Shown: positions 1 to 14,153, counted from the first letter of the whole stretch. The stretch is DNA of 60,059 nt, filler included, from Sphacelaria rigidula (GCA_964200075.2; 9 parts of 9 records of this genome joined end to end with filler, not necessarily neighbours in it), one strand, 5' to 3'. A program made the numbers and translations. The notes: generated by a model from the letters alone, not told the origin.

Positions 1-2687
1 TTGTAGGGATGCGAGGTCAATGGTCTTACGACTATGGCAAGCATGATCATGAGTACACCCCCCCCCAATAACATCAGAGGGCCAATTTTGTTTTGTTCAG
101 CATACCTCTGTGGTACTTTATTCTGAGTTTCAAATGACAACTCTAAAAATTGAGCTCGAAAGTTGAGATAAGGCCCAAGAGCAGTGTTCAGTTCTCCTCA
201 AAACTGCCCTGAAAACGGGAAAAAAACAAAAAACAAAAAACTGTTACTTCAAGCTTTATTATGTACCATCGGTTCTCGATACGAAATTTCATAGCATACC
301 TCTCAAAACCTGAGGCGCGATATCCAAATTTAGTTCATCTAGTGCCTCTGCTCGTAATATAATGATTATAGTATGGGAACTTATGTTCGCCAAATCTCGA
401 GATAGAATACAAATAAGCTAAAGGTTAGGGTATCTATCGTCTCCCCGTGCTCCAGGGAATGTCCACACCACAAATCATCATCCGCTGAATGCATCAATCG
501 GGGTTCATATAGATTTTAGTGTGGACGCTATCTTCGTCAGGTATAGGAATGACTAGACATGGGGGTTTAATCAACGGGAGAATATGCCCCAGATTTTTCA
601 GCAAATGGACACCTCCCCCTTGATTAGACGGTTTATACAATATGCGGATCATGGCCCACCTCGTTTGTTTCGATGAGATATCGCTTTGAGAGCTTAAATC
701 CGTTTCTAGGCTGGCCCAGCTCGTAGCTTGTGACTAATATCAAGACAGCTCGCGACCAATCTCGAAACAATTGGGCGGTTTCAATAACTCTTTGCCAGTT
801 TGGGGCAGATTGACGGGCGTAGTGCTGAAAAATGAATCACATGATTTGCCCTATACCCATACATCATACGTGCTGGAAAGCCTGTGGTCATGCGGGCGCT
901 CCCCCCTGTAGTTCGCAGTATAGGGATCTCATTACCAATGAAGATTTTTGTACGTTGCACCAAGGGTACCACAAATTGTATGAAATCTGTATGGTTTAGA
1001 TGTTTGAGGGGAATTCTCCTTTTGTCTGGAACCAAGACAAGCAAGGGGGCAAAACACCCCCGAAGTACATTTGAAAGTTACCTGTATTTTCAGGTGCCTC
1101 GTTCTCAATGTATTTCGGTCCGTAGACTGAGCGAATTAGAAAGGGGTATATGCGCACGGTCTCAGGAAGTCCTGAGAAAGTAAGTGGTGAGGGACCCTAA
1201 ATGTCGGGGTTCAAGATAGGCCAAATCGCGTGCATTTATTGTTCGTTCCTTTTTAGTGGGTGGCGCTGCCCTCTCGGCCGTTCGTTTTTTCTTCTTCACT
1301 TGCTGTCCATGGTACAATGACGGGTTGTACGCGCATACGTCATTTTGTGCGTGTGGTTTTGCTGAGGATACCAGCCTTCAATACCGATGAGAATAGTACC
1401 CACGATGCCTCCCCATACAGCAGAGCGGGAACCTTGGATCAACGATGTCTACAGGTTCTGCATGAGTACGTTCTACATTGTGAACATCTCGAGCATTGCC
1501 GAAAAGGAGGCAATGCTAGCGATCGGGAACGTGATGGCTATGTGAGCTTCAAAACACGGTTAAACTTTTCAACAAGTTGAGAGAATTCGAAATATCATAA
1601 TTTTCTTCGAACTCACTTTAAGGTCCTAGAAAAGGTACAACGACGACAAGAGCCGAATCTCACCGCATACCTTACAGCTCTATGACACGGGGCTCTTAAC
1701 ACGCACGAAGTGAAACTCGCAGCTCTTTCAGGAACGAGAATTGCTGTTGACGACTGAATAAATGAACTCGTGTTATTGCTGTGGTTGTTGTTGAACTCAA
1801 CGTTCTCGACAAGAAAAGGAAGGGCGGTCAACCGTTATAAAGGTTGCTGGACTTTTCAGTAGAATTACACGCCACTTTTTTTTATATTATTAAGATAGCC
1901 GCCGCGCTCAGGTTATCTAAATGGCATATGAATGGCTAGTGGAGCCGAACGTGGAGGACTTGAATATCGACAGATACGATATTTATGGAGAACATATGCG
2001 CCGTCAAAAGCGTGAGTACGTGAGTTCGCAGAGAAACAATAGACGAAAGCCGATGTGATGTGAAGGCGTTTGATCATGATCCAACGGCGATACCAAACTA
2101 TTCAGGCAGGTACCGAGGAAGAAAGATGGGTCGATCCCCGGAGACTGCGGATTCGTCCCGAGGAGAGTGGGGAGGGAGGTTAGTGTTTGACTAAAAAACA
2201 CGAAAAGAATAGTAATACTAACGATGTATGCGCCCAAAAGGAAGTCCTTGTAGCTTGACTCGACTTGAATCTCTAGATGCGCCACAATCAAAGATCCGTT
2301 TATGCTGCAGTTCAAGCTTCAACTGTTGTTGCGTCTGTCTGCCGTCCTTCCCCCCATGCGAGGTCAATGGTCTTATGACTATGGCATGGAAGATCCTGAG
2401 TACCCCTTCCACCCTCCCCTCGTCCGCGTCTTTGGCGAGGTTCGTGACCCTGCAGCGCTGGTGTGGCTTGCTCTTTTTTTTTCCCCTTGGAGTGCCCGGG
2501 GGGGGGGTTGTCAAGCTTTTTGCACGCAGCTAGTCATACTCTGAATTCATTAACCCCTTCCCTCATGAAGCGAAAATATGAACCCTGGCTCGTGTCACTA
2601 ATCCCGCGTCTATCTACCTACACTTACCTAGCTCGCCTACCTCACCTATCTCACCTACTCCTCCCTTTCTCTGTAATTGAAATACAG

Positions 2688-2756
2688 GTGGCGTTTTTGA
2701 AGAAAGAGCTCCTGAACGCAATGCAAGCGATTGATGAGCTTTACCAGGCCAACCAG
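2688..2756 (+). CDS. Internal exon of NCA2/DGS1-like (nuclear control of ATPase 2 family) protein
   Basis: Acceptor ...aatacAG, donor CAG|GTACGC, 23 codons VAFLKKELLNAMQAIDELYQANQ. It joins in phase 0 to the next exon and resembles the NCA2/DGS1 segment 'QVQKLKxDxExAMxxxDxILxANE'. Confidence 0.75.
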
Positions 2757-3901
2757 GTACGCACAAGGAGACATGCACTGGTTTGGTCACCCTGTAGCTC
2801 AGAAGTTTTAGAGAAGGTACCGCAGGGTACGGTCGGAAAACGTAACACGAAGGCGGACTGAGGAATGGCCCTTTTCCTGCCCAAGTAAGAGGCCGTGCAC
2901 TGCTATTGCACTCGCGGCGATCCTGCAGCGGATAAAGCAGGCGTTTCTCACTCGACCCGCAGGGTCTCGATTTTTGTGTACCCACGAATGCTTTCCATTT
3001 ATTGCACAGTTTTCATAGCACCATGTGCAAAGCTAAAAGCTTTCTTATTCTTGCATCAAAGAGTTCCCCGGTAAGAAAAGTCCACCCAGGAACATGAGTT
3101 GGTACAACACGTGCCGTTTGTTGAGACTCACGTTTTGTTTTCGTTCCTTCCAATCTTCTTCCCGTGCCAGTGCGATTTGAAAATCACTGGCTGGCAGCTC
3201 GTGTCGACATAATTAGTACAACTCTTGCAGAGCCTGTGAATGGGCATTCCTGCCCTAAGGGTGTGGTTTCCAGACAGCGTAGCCACGGTTTCCTTTTCAC
3301 GACCTTGTCCGTTGCGCTTTTGTTTGGCTTCTCGCTTCGCATTTGCTTCATTGTGTGCGGCGTTCTTACCTGAAGCCGTGCGGCAGGGGCTTGCGATTTT
3401 TTTTTTTGTCTTCAGTTTTTTCTTCGTGTTCTGTTTTTTCCTGTGCTGTTCGTAAACACCTTTTTCCTCGACATTTCTTCAGCAATTGAGTCTGTTTCGT
3501 TCAATTAGTTGAGTACGGTACGTCCATCTATGTTTTGCCCACGGCTGGGTTCCCAAGCGGGTCAGGAATTTTGCGTGAGAAATTAACCAATCCAATCTCG
3601 GCAGCCGAACACTTCCGATTTCCTGCTTCAATCTATCGATCTTTCTAGGTGCGCACGGAAAGGATGCAGCCGTCCCAGCCCGTGTTGACCGTTAATACAG
3701 CTCCAGCTCGCCAAATCTGCAGTTCGTTTCACTCGCTTGTGTAGATCTCTCCATCGATGCGATATCCGTGACTATAATCTGCCCCAGCACTACTACAACA
3801 ACGTTAGCCCTGGCCGACTTGTGTACGAAACTCCTGTGTCGTGCCGTGCCGTGTCATGTCATGCGTCGTGTGTGTGTTTGCGTCTTTTGTATGCCTTTCA
3901 G

Positions 3902-4077
3902 GTCACCCTGAAATTGATTTCCGTGGTACCGGCTGCGCTGTTCATCTACGTGGCGTCCCGTCTGTCGTTGGCGGTGCTTCACAGCGTCACTTCCCGACGC
4001 ATAGAGCCGACCGTCCTCATTTATCGTTCCATGCGCGCCTCCATCAGGGATATGGAGCGCCTGCTCACTTCCAGCAG
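3902..4077 (+). CDS. Internal exon of NCA2/DGS1-like protein (hydrophobic helix, then R-D-M-E-R-L-L segment)
   Basis: Acceptor ...cctttcAG, donor AG|GTGCGT. VTLKLISVVPAALFIYVASRLSLAVLHSVTSRRIEPTVLIYRSMRASIRDMERLLTSS follows the 'ANx' motif as in NCA2/DGS1 (xxLxxxxxPA-TM...xxExxL). Confidence 0.75.
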
Positions 4078-6585
4078 GTGCGTGCCCTGACCCTCTCCCT
4101 AGCTCTGCTGACTCTACCTACACAATCACCCAGGTGTTGTCACGCATAATCGCCTTGATTGATGGTGGACTGTTGGGTAGGTTGACTGGTTGACTGATTA
4201 GATGTCGCTTGTTAAGCATGAACTGATCCGCTGCGAAAATAGCCGCAGTCACACCCTAGGGTACATGTACTCAAGGTGAATCGTGATGTGTTGCCGCGCG
4301 TCACCGTAATTTTGGTGCACATCGGCCATGATTAGCAAGCAGCACGTTAGCGGTAGCCGTGATCGCACCGACAGTGAGAAGTGCACGCATGTGCTTCTGC
4401 ATGTATGACAACTCGCGACACACGCACGCACGCGCGCGCGCACACACACAATTGCTGAACTGCTGAACAGCTGAACAGCTAGACGGCGTGGCGTGTTCGG
4501 TGGGAAGTGTAGGTGCTGTAGACGACGCGTGCGGGAGTGGCAGGAGCGGTATTTTAATGCTGTGCCTGACGGTTATTTTGCAGAAAGGTTTCCCCCCGTC
4601 TGCCTACTGAGTAGAATGAGCACAAGTTGGCACACATTCCCATATGCCACGTTCATAGAATCGCTGCGGCAAGCTAGTCCCTCTCACAAACCCCTGCTTC
4701 CCGGGCGGGGAAATTCGTGACGTTGAGACTCCGTGGCGTTGAGACTGGGGGAAGGAGGGCCGGCCTCGCATGGCTTATGCGCTTTGAACACGTGGGCACG
4801 ATGAGAACCCGAGACGCCCGCTTAACCATGATAAACGTAGCTTGTGTGTCGCTTGTAATGTTTTTGAGCTTCAAAATGCAACTCGAAAAAATTCAGTTGA
4901 CGCCCACCCTGGCGGCTATCTACATCTGCACACACTATTGTGGCGGGGCTGACGAAGGCAGGATTTTGCAAACAAGCGGTCCGACATAAGTTTTGTGTGT
5001 TACCACATGCATGGAAGTGTTACATGTTGGCGCGATCCCGGCTATTGTACTACTGTTTTACTGCTGATAACTGTCAGACAGCAGTGCCGGTGACCCTGCC
5101 GTGTGCACGAACAACTGACCACAGACTCTACCGTACAGCAGTGCCGTGATGTCTGTGACGCACGCATTTGTGTGGCAACGGCCTTTCTATGTAGGCGTTG
5201 TGCATGCACTACCAACAGCTATGCCGACTCACAAGCGCCAAAAAAGGGTTAAGCGTATGCGCCTCTAATTTTCAAGTTTTAGTTACTTTTATTTTCTCAT
5301 CAAGGTCACTGACTTTCCCCCCACGCACCGCAAAGAACCATATTTTTCGTCCCTTGTCCCCCTTCCGCCAGCTTCTATCCATCCATCCCCCGTGCACTCG
5401 CCCAAGATGATGACATGGTGCCCGCACTGGTTATGTTTCTGTTCCAAACGAAATGAGATTGTCCCCCACTCGGTGACTGCAAAATCGAACGAAATTCAGA
5501 GGGTTCGCTGGAGCTCAGGAAGACCTCTCACGCCGCGCCCACAACCAGCTAGCTATCGGAATAGAGGGACAGGTGGCCCAGCGGCACTCCTATCAGCACA
5601 TGACCAATGAAGCCCTGCCCGAGTCCGATGGCTCGAAATCAAAACCAAGTTCTGAACGAAAAACATCGGAACTAGATTCGGAAGATGAAGCAGAACGGGC
5701 GTCGGCTTCTGGTTATTCCGAGGGAGCTGTGGTTGAAGGAGTGGAAGTGGGGAGTGCTCGTGCGGAGAGGGTGTCGCGGGGTGGCTCGGTTGGGAAGAAT
5801 TCGGGGCTGATGGATTGGAGCGTAAGACTCAGCGAGGAGGAGACTGGGAAACTTGCGGTGAGACTTTGTGAGACTGGGTGTCACGAGGATGATTTAGGAT
5901 GCGGGTACACGGTGTCGATACTTCAGGTACCTTCAGGCACCCTGAAACGCTCGAGTGGTTTCTTCAGTTCGTACCCCCGTGTTCTTGGGCTCCGAGATAC
6001 TTAATGTTCTCGACATTTGTTGGTAAATCCTCGCAGGTACCGTACCCTTCAGTAGTTGGAATCGTAAATGCCGTGAAAATCCAGGTACCAAGAGTGTCGG
6101 TTCTCCACTCTACAGCCACCGTGGGAGCGTATGGGATATACTCCTGGTCGGTTGGGTGTGGAGGGATGAAATTTGCATATGTGGAGGTGAACGTAATTCA
6201 CGTGTGGGAAGAAATTCGAAGGAAGAGAGCGAGACGGAGGCGGACAGAAGGACGCACCTGGCCAGTTCGAGTCCTGCAGATCTGTTTGGTACTTGCAAGC
6301 GTACATGCATCTCAAGGGCTGCACGGTCCACGAATACGCGATAGTATCTGCCAGAGATCCGGCAAGATTTTAACTGTGTGTGTGGGAGAGATGGTTACTG
6401 CAGTTTTTACCTCCCCTAAATCCACAGCAATAAGTAGGACTCCCTGGCCATGACGGGTTTACTGTCGAATCACTCCACATGTACTATTTCATTTTGTTTT
6501 CATCATCCATCTCTCGGACCCCCCCCTTGCTCTGTCTCGAAAGGGATGCGTGGTCAATGGGAACACGACTAAGGCAAGCAACAAA

Positions 6586-6685
6586 NNNNNNNNNNNNNNN
6601 NNNNNNNNNNNNNNNNNNNNNNNNNNNNNTTAATTAATTAANNNNNNNNNNNNNNNNNNNNNNNNNNNNNNNNNNNNNNNNNNNN
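6586..6685. other. Artificial contig-joining spacer (N44-TTAATTAATTAA-N44); identical spacers at 13271-13370, 19956-20055, 26640-26739, 33324-33423, 40008-40107, 46692-46791, 53376-53475
   Basis: Eight identical 100-bp spacers carry an all-frame stop linker. The pieces between them are 6585, 6585, 6585, 6584 x6 bp, i.e. length-sorted contigs. Confidence 0.98.
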
Positions 6686-7819
6686 TTGTCCCCTGGTCAT
6701 CATCCAGGATCCTACATGCTACATCTACTACGCCTTGGTGTATTTTGGCTACAGTCCAGCCCCATCTTCCAGGATCCTCTGTTATAGCTCCTTCAACTAT
6801 TATCGTAGGAATTACAAGCTGGGCCGGCCAAGAAAACTACATTGTGCCAGGTGGTCATATCTTTCGAAAGGTGCTGAAACAGGGCAAACTGAGAATATAT
6901 CGTTGCAATCACCCAGTCCAGGCGGTCACGCGCAACCATCAACCTTAGAAATCTGTCACGTCGGTGTAGTGGATCTCGCTTCTCCGAGTAAACACTTCTG
7001 TCGCGGTTTGGTGTGAAGGTCTTTGAAAAACAAATATGTAGTACGAAAACCGTTCCGAATTTGCCGACAAATTCTGAGCGTGTAACTCCCGAGGCGAGGA
7101 AACACGCAGTGAATGCATCATTCCGCGCCTCTTCGTCGTTCCAAGGTTATAGACGATACTCTAAAATGTATAAGTTGTTTACCGTATGTATGCCGAGCAA
7201 TCTTGCTGCTAGTATTTGCAAATATCGCTACGCGCGACACAACGTTTTGAGTCGGCATCTGCATTTTTTACTCGCAATCTGCAAGGTACTTACGCACACG
7301 TTCCGGACGAGTTCCATTAGTTTTGTTCGTTTCTCGCAGAGGTACGACTAACTCAACTGCTTTCGGTCCAACTGGGTTGGTCTTACTCGGAAAAAGGAGA
7401 AATATGGGGGGCGGGGGGGGGGGGTCGCGCGGGATGTCTCGGAGAGTAACTTGTAAATCACGTGTCGAACCTTCAGGTCCCGACTCGAATAATTGAGTCG
7501 CCCGTGGGGACACTTATGAACCCCCTGGCTCTTGGCCAGCCCACCCTCTACATATTTTGGTACTATCATATAACAGCATTCAGTTACCGTCTGAGACCAC
7601 AGAAACAGAATTGTCAAGTAACCCGCACGTGTTGTCTATCCGGTATGATACAGAACATGGTTCACCTGTACTCATGTGTTAAGTAGGTGGTGAATCCGAG
7701 CTTGTACATATCATTACACTTGTATCTGCGAAGAATGGTGAAGTGTTTCTTTCTGACTAGAAAATAACCGAGTTGGACCGTTGGTGCGATGCTTTCCTTC
7801 TTTACAGATATGTAGAAAC

Positions 7820-8470
7820 GAATTGATTTGATTGATTCATCGATTCATTTATTTGATTGATCGTCGCACATTATCTTGCCCTGGTCATCATCCACAAGAA
7901 AGACATACGAACCCAAGGCCAACAGAACGAAACCACCCGCTGAAGAAAACTTGACGAAGGGACAACACCAAGAAATAAATATGGGACATACGGAGTAGCT
8001 CTATACTGAACAAAAACAAGCGACGAACAAAGGAGGAGAGAAAAACTGTAGAAATGGAAAGGACAGGAAAGGAAAAGGAAAACACGAATAATCAATCCCG
8101 GTGAAAATGTTGAATGTGATAACACAAAGGGAAACAGTGAACAAAAAACGAAAGATTCCTAGCCTCTACAGGATGGTTTCAAAACAAGGTTGTTCTAGGA
8201 AGGGGAGATATCGTGGAAACTATTTAGGAACCACACTGCTTGGGCATCAACTGCCACTTACGAGATCTACGGGGGCAAGACCCTAACACCTGTACAGTAT
8301 ACAGAAAACTGAAAGGGAGAGACAGAAAGGAAGACATAGAGAGGGGAGGACGAAATGGAACGCAAAGATCACTAAGGATATGTGTAGGAACAAGCCGAGG
8401 AAACATGTCAACATCCGATGAGATGAGACAGGGGTGTATCGGTTCTGCCCGCGATCATTCCATCTAAGCC
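7820..8470 (-). mobile_element. Non-LTR retroposon-like element with AATC-type tail
   Basis: The minus strand ends ...gatgatgaccagggcaagataatgtgcgacgatcaatcaaat..., the same terminus as at ~18890. The 'gatgatgaccaggg' end recurs at 6686-6710. The 5' boundary is uncertain. Confidence 0.5.
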
Positions 8471-8647
8471 AGAGGTACTCGGACCTTTCTGCACGGTGAG
8501 TATGCATGACTCTGGTGAGAAGAAGCAAAGGTAGCCTGCTTGTACCCTGGAATTGGGCAAGAGCGGCGCTGATGACAGGGGCAGCAACCTGGGGTAAAAA
8601 CCAGGGTCCGATGGCTTTACAGACTGAAGCGCCCCGGGATTAGATCT

Positions 8648-8723
8648 TGTTAAGATGACAGACACCACTGAGCTAAACACTCAGCGCTGACCTTTTAGCT
8701 CAGTGGCACCTGTCATCTTAACA
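8648..8723. repeat. 76-nt hairpin, 30-bp arms with 27/30 matches
   Basis: TGTTAAGATGACAGacaCCACTGAGCTAAA / TTTAGCTCAGTGGcacCTGTCATCTTAACA with a 16-nt loop. Confidence 0.9.
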
Positions 8724-9559
8724 TCGGTTTCGTATCACCCCCGCCTCTTCCAGTCGTCCCTAGTCGGCTACAAAGTGAGTTACTGTTTTGGTTACTAGTA
8801 TGGTTATCTGCAAGAGTTACAATAAATCCATACGTAAGTAGATTCAGGGCCCAAGACTACGAGAGTAACATTAGCAAGGGACGAGCGCTGAGTCGGAGTC
8901 GCACCGGAGAGCTTCCGCGCTTAACAGTGCTGCTTATGTTGTTACATTATTAGAAATATAGTCAAACTTTCGACGTAGCGTTTTTTATTGAAGGTTATTT
9001 TCTCCGGTTTTTCGGTTACCACGACCTAATGGCAATCGCACATAATGGCACTCGTAAGTACGGCATATATAGGATTTTTCACCGGACTTTGAAGGTATTT
9101 TCTCATCATCAAGTTCCTTCAAGGGCGGGGGGGGGGGATTGCTGACCTGCAGTTAGTACGGTCAACTGACAATGCTAAGTCCTCTTATGAATGGAGAACA
9201 TGATATTCATCAACGTATCTATGTCCAGAGTTATGTGTTGGCGTAAGGCATGCTGAGGCGTTGTATGTAGCGCAATGTAGTAAATGCTATGGTAGCGGGA
9301 GGGGTGGTTCAGAAATTTCAGACTGGTTCGGCTGAGTGCACATCGGCAAGAACGGTTCCAGAACCAAGTTGCGAGTCCGTTCGAATACAGTGGAATAACT
9401 TTACATTTTAGAGTAAAAGCTATACGACGGTGATCCAGAGCAAACCGGACAAAGCCGGTGATGCAGCTTCGGAGTAGACCTGGTCCTCACGGGTAGTCAG
9501 TGTGTTGTATTTGCTTGTTACGCCGCACACTGATCAGACTTCTTCATCGCATGGGTAGT

Positions 9560-11670
9560 GAAATTTTATCGACACTCTCGCCCGCTGCCGATATCCATAT
9601 TGAAAATGCGGACAACTCTCCAAACGTAATATGCGTCTCTCTGCTTAATTTAAACAGCCGTGGAACTCGACTAAAACGAAACGTGTGTGGTGAATTTTTC
9701 CTGGCATGCTCTCTTTGATCACACCCGCAAGTTGCCTCCGGTGTGGCGAAGACATTCGCTTGAAAAGTCCGCGTCCAAATTGGTCTACCTTCTTACTTGT
9801 AGACCCGAATGCTTCATGATCAATCGCACCTTGACATCTTCCCACGTCTTTCCTCCTTCCCATGCTTTCCTCCTTTATTTTCCCCCTTTTCGTTTTATCG
9901 TAGTTTCATCGGCGCTTATGGTCCTCACACGTTGAAATTCGACCGTTGTCGTCCACCCATTGTATCTCTCGCCTGGGCTGAAGCCCTCCGGCTATCCCAT
10001 CCACAGACGAGGTGTCCGAAACGTCCCTGCCGCCGAATCACGGCGGTTCATCGCGCCTCCTACAATGCCCAAGTGTAACGCGTGATGCTTCACCAATGAC
10101 CTCAGCGCAACCTGGACAATATATGGTCAAAAATTGCAATAGGTCTATACTTCACGCAGTATACTTCTTGTGTATTGCAACTTTTGACCATATTTTGTCA
10201 TTATTCAGCGTGTGAAACGTTCCACTTTTAACCCGATGGGTCGGTGGCCGACGAGGCCCCCTCGTCGTACACCAAAAATACCCAAATGTCAGCGGTTGAT
10301 GCACTACAAATATGGGACTCCCGCTCCCGTGCCAGATTCACTCCACTCGTTGTTGGTATCCCTAATGCGCTCGAAATCGCACCTTTACGGTGTCTGCCGA
10401 CATCGATTCGTCGGGGCTGCACGATTGAATGCCTCTGCGTATGAACGCGATGTCTCCTCTACTTGAACCAAAGTCGTGGGGGATTCCCCACTACAAGTTT
10501 GATACTCTGCACAAATGAAAATGTCGTGTAATAACCAAAGACCTACCCTCTGATGCCCCACGTATCGGCTGAATTTCGAACCTTACTTGCTCAACATCAT
10601 CCAGATATGGGGTAGTCGAACAGTCGCTCCCGCTCCCTTGAGAGTATCATCCCTGCCAACCCCTTCCTTCACCTCCCTCGCGAGGTGGTAATTGAGCGAT
10701 TAATCAATCAGAAGCGTCCGACGGAAATATTTTACCGCGGACAGCCTACCAACGACCGTGGTTATTTCATTACTTCATGAAAAAATGGCAAATTCTCCCA
10801 GCTCGAGCGCCAACGTCTCTGGGCCATCCGCTGAATCGATACGCATCCCTTCTCCTACTGCTCGCCGGTACGAATCGTATCATGTCATCCGCACATGTTG
10901 ACATCCTCCCGAGGTGGCAAGAGGCAAGGGTGCGATACCGGCGTGCGAGAAATTTTCTGCAAGCTTTCCCACCGCTACGCCTTGTACTCAATACAACGTG
11001 GTGCCCCACGAAGCTGTCCTGTGCCCGTGCCCTGCTCCAGCTTAAGCTTCATTGTCCCGCTGTGACCACCGTTCCACTGCATTCCATGATTTTTTTCCCG
11101 CTTCACCTGAATAAGATATAACATTCGGTCTCCCACAGTGAACCGCAGACCCCGCTACGCTCCGATCCTCCACATCAGCCCACTTGGGCCGTGTCTGATC
11201 AGAACGGAAATTCGCATCCCAAAATTATGTGACTTGAATGTGTCCAAAACCGTTCACGGAGAGCTCGCAATGACCATCTTTGAAGCAGGCGCAAATGTTG
11301 CATGGCCATTTTCGACCCAGACGGCAAAATTGAAAACCTCGCATGACTAGTACAGAAAAACAGCTCAGGTACATCGACACATGAAAAATACACGGATGAC
11401 GCCGTTAATACGAGAAATCTTGGATATTTCGGGGCTTTTCACAGACGGATGATCCCTCTCGTCCTCTCGCGGTGACTTTTCGAGGCCGCAGTTCCCGTCC
11501 CGGCAAAGTTAAGAACCGTGTTTCCAACCGCCAATCACCAGATAAGGCGGAAAATTGCGGGTTTCAATCCCGTCGTTGAACACGTAAGGACGTGAGTAGC
11601 AATGAAAGTTCGACGAGAGTCAACGCGGTTCGGGAGTGAGTCATGATCTCATCCACGATACCAAATTCTC
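9560..11670 (-). pseudogene. Possible highly decayed LTR-retrotransposon (Copia-like) remnant
   Basis: On the minus strand, in order: a TGGTATC PBS-like motif (~11658-11664), a possible broken Zn-knuckle (~9770-9805) and a W-I-x-x-S-G-A-like protease trace (~9580-9600). All are frameshifted, so support is weak. Confidence 0.25.
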
Positions 11671-13666
11671 AAGCAGGTACCGGGGGAATTCCCCGCTTCC
11701 CTACCTAGTGTAAGCACTACTGTAGATACCGACATGCTGTCACAAGTAGCCGAAACTTCATCACCTCGGTGTGTCTTCCAAGGGGCAGAGACAATGTTCT
11801 ATGCACCGTTGTCACGCAGTTATCACCGTACAGTGACTTCATCAACCGTCAAGATCTTTTACGGAGTACACGACGGGTGCTGGTCGGTTGCTCTCCTTGT
11901 GCTCGGACTATATGCCGTGTAAATTGCTGGATTCTTCTGTACTTCTTAAGGTGCTACTGTGTCGCCGATTGCTTTTTGTCGCTTGATTAAGCTGTTGTTG
12001 CCGCCTGTTGCATGGAAAGACGCCTGATTGTTACTTCGTTTTCCCACAGAAGGGTCGGCGCTACAAAACTCTGGTCTCAACACATTTTGCTCGGGGTTGC
12101 ACACTTTCCTGTGCGGACGGAACGGGGCGCGAGAGGTCTTACGGGCCTGGGTTCATATTTCCCGTGAGGGCGGGACGCGATGAGATGGGATCTCGCGGGA
12201 CGAGGCCTATAGCGGTTCGTCACTCCACTCAGGCCACTTGACTTGGCTACAAGCTCGCGAGAGCGAAACCTAAGCAACGCCCATCTGGGAATTGAATAAT
12301 ATAAAGACGAGGCCGAAAATTCCCACACGTCATGAGTGTAGCGTACGTAACCTAGAGCAGCCTTGATATTCAGGGTATTCCACGTGCCCGCCATTCCAGG
12401 GTATGGAGGGTATCGACTGTAAAAAGTACTCAGTGTCTCAGAGTACCTCGAGCTATTGACTGTCTAAAATACTCTGTACCCCAAGATACCCACAATATCG
12501 ACAGCCACAAGTACTCAGTATTCCGGGGTACCCAGGGTGTCAATAGCCGGAAAAACTAAATATTCTGAAGGGCCCAGGGCTTTGATGAGCCAAAATACCC
12601 TACTTTGTACTCTACCCTACCTTATCTTTATTTGGAGATGTTGAAGAAATCACTACAGACACCATGTTTCTTCACGTCACTTGGAGTTTTGCTCGAAGGC
12701 CACTTTCGAAATGTAAAAGCCAAGCGATTTGTAAAAGTGGAGTAGACTCTTGTCCGTGACGTCATACACTGTGGCCAAGACACGTGATTGTGACATTCAA
12801 TATTTTAGGTCCAAAATGTTCCCAAAATGAGAAAATCCAGACATGGAATATATAACTACATATATATCAATACAATTCTCGCTCTTTATAATTGTCATGA
12901 TTTCCTTCTGGCTATGGTAGACGCAGGATTGGTGTTTGGAAATTGAAAGGACACCAATTTCTCGAATTACCGCTTTGAATGAAAGGTTATGCTGTGCGAC
13001 CACGTTGAAAACCTCCTGGGGAACATCCGTTGTTTCCAATTTGGAAACCATGCATCTACGCACACGCATCATTGGAGTGACAGACAAACGGTAACATACG
13101 GACAGGAACAAAAACTTGCCACTGCGAAAAAAACGAGAAATTAATGAAAAAAAAACGAAAGAGAAACAAGAGAATAAAAATGGGGGGGGGGGGGGGAAAA
13201 AAAACGCCGAAGACAACACCAAAAAAAAAAAAAGACCAAAAAAAAAAAAAAAAAAAAAACAAAGCCCAAANNNNNNNNNNNNNNNNNNNNNNNNNNNNNN
13301 NNNNNNNNNNNNNNTTAATTAATTAANNNNNNNNNNNNNNNNNNNNNNNNNNNNNNNNNNNNNNNNNNNNCGCCACATCTGCCCCCCTCCCTCCCCGTCT
13401 TCACTCGGAACTAAATTTGTGTTTTTGTTTGGTGGGGGGGGGGGGGGGGGGGGGGGGTTGACTCCACGAAAAAATGGGCTAATAGGTGCGTCAAACAACC
13501 TAAAACGCTTGTGGTGCGCTTGTGTATGGGTAAAAGCGGCGTCAAGCAGTATGAGTGAGCGCTATTTATCGGGAGCAAACGCGTTCGAACAACCGTTGGT
13601 TGCTTTAATCGACAATTGAAGTGGACTTTCGGGGAAGAAAACGCTCCCCCCCCCCACCCTACCATA

Positions 13667-13702
13667 GGGTTAGGGGTTAGGGGTTAGGGGTTAGGTTAGG
13701 GT
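13667..13702 (+). repeat. Short interstitial telomere-like (TTAGG/TTAGGGG) tract
   Basis: agggttaggggttaggggttaggggttaggttagggt, embedded between repeat ends. Confidence 0.7.
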
Positions 13703-14153
13703 ACTAAGGCAAGCAACAAATGAGTACGCCCCCCCCCACCCTACCATAGCATGACTCCGAGGGCAATCAACCAACAACCCATCAAGAAGCGAACAAGCAT
13801 TATAAGCCACTGCATTGAACTATACCACGCCCTCTCGACGAAAAAACTAACAAAGCAGACACAATCCCAGATAACATTCAACAACGCATCATGTGCCCTA
13901 CACCACAGTGAGGGATAAATATTACTCAAAACATCCCATAAGATACTTTCCCCAGCTTTTGCTCCTTCCATTTCCTCTCTCTTCTTATATATTTCTCCAA
14001 ATCGTGATCGCGTCATCAGAAAGTGAATCAATCAATTGACCTATCTTGGCTCATGATTGGTTGTCGAATGTATGTTTTCCTCATTCTCTCGTTCATCCTT
14101 TCTTCCATCTAGAGGGAAAAAATCCGTTCGCAACCTTAAACCTCCTCCCTCAC

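Noticed and set aside
5573..6453. Cluster of 143-184-aa ORFs
   Set aside because: No motif recognised on either strand and frames are broken by stops; possibly a decayed element but unsupported.
6630..6641. TTAATTAATTAA as a recurring biological motif
   Set aside because: It is an artificial all-frame stop linker inside the N spacers.
13667..13702. True chromosome end
   Set aside because: Only ~36 bp, irregular, and internal to the contig between repeat termini.
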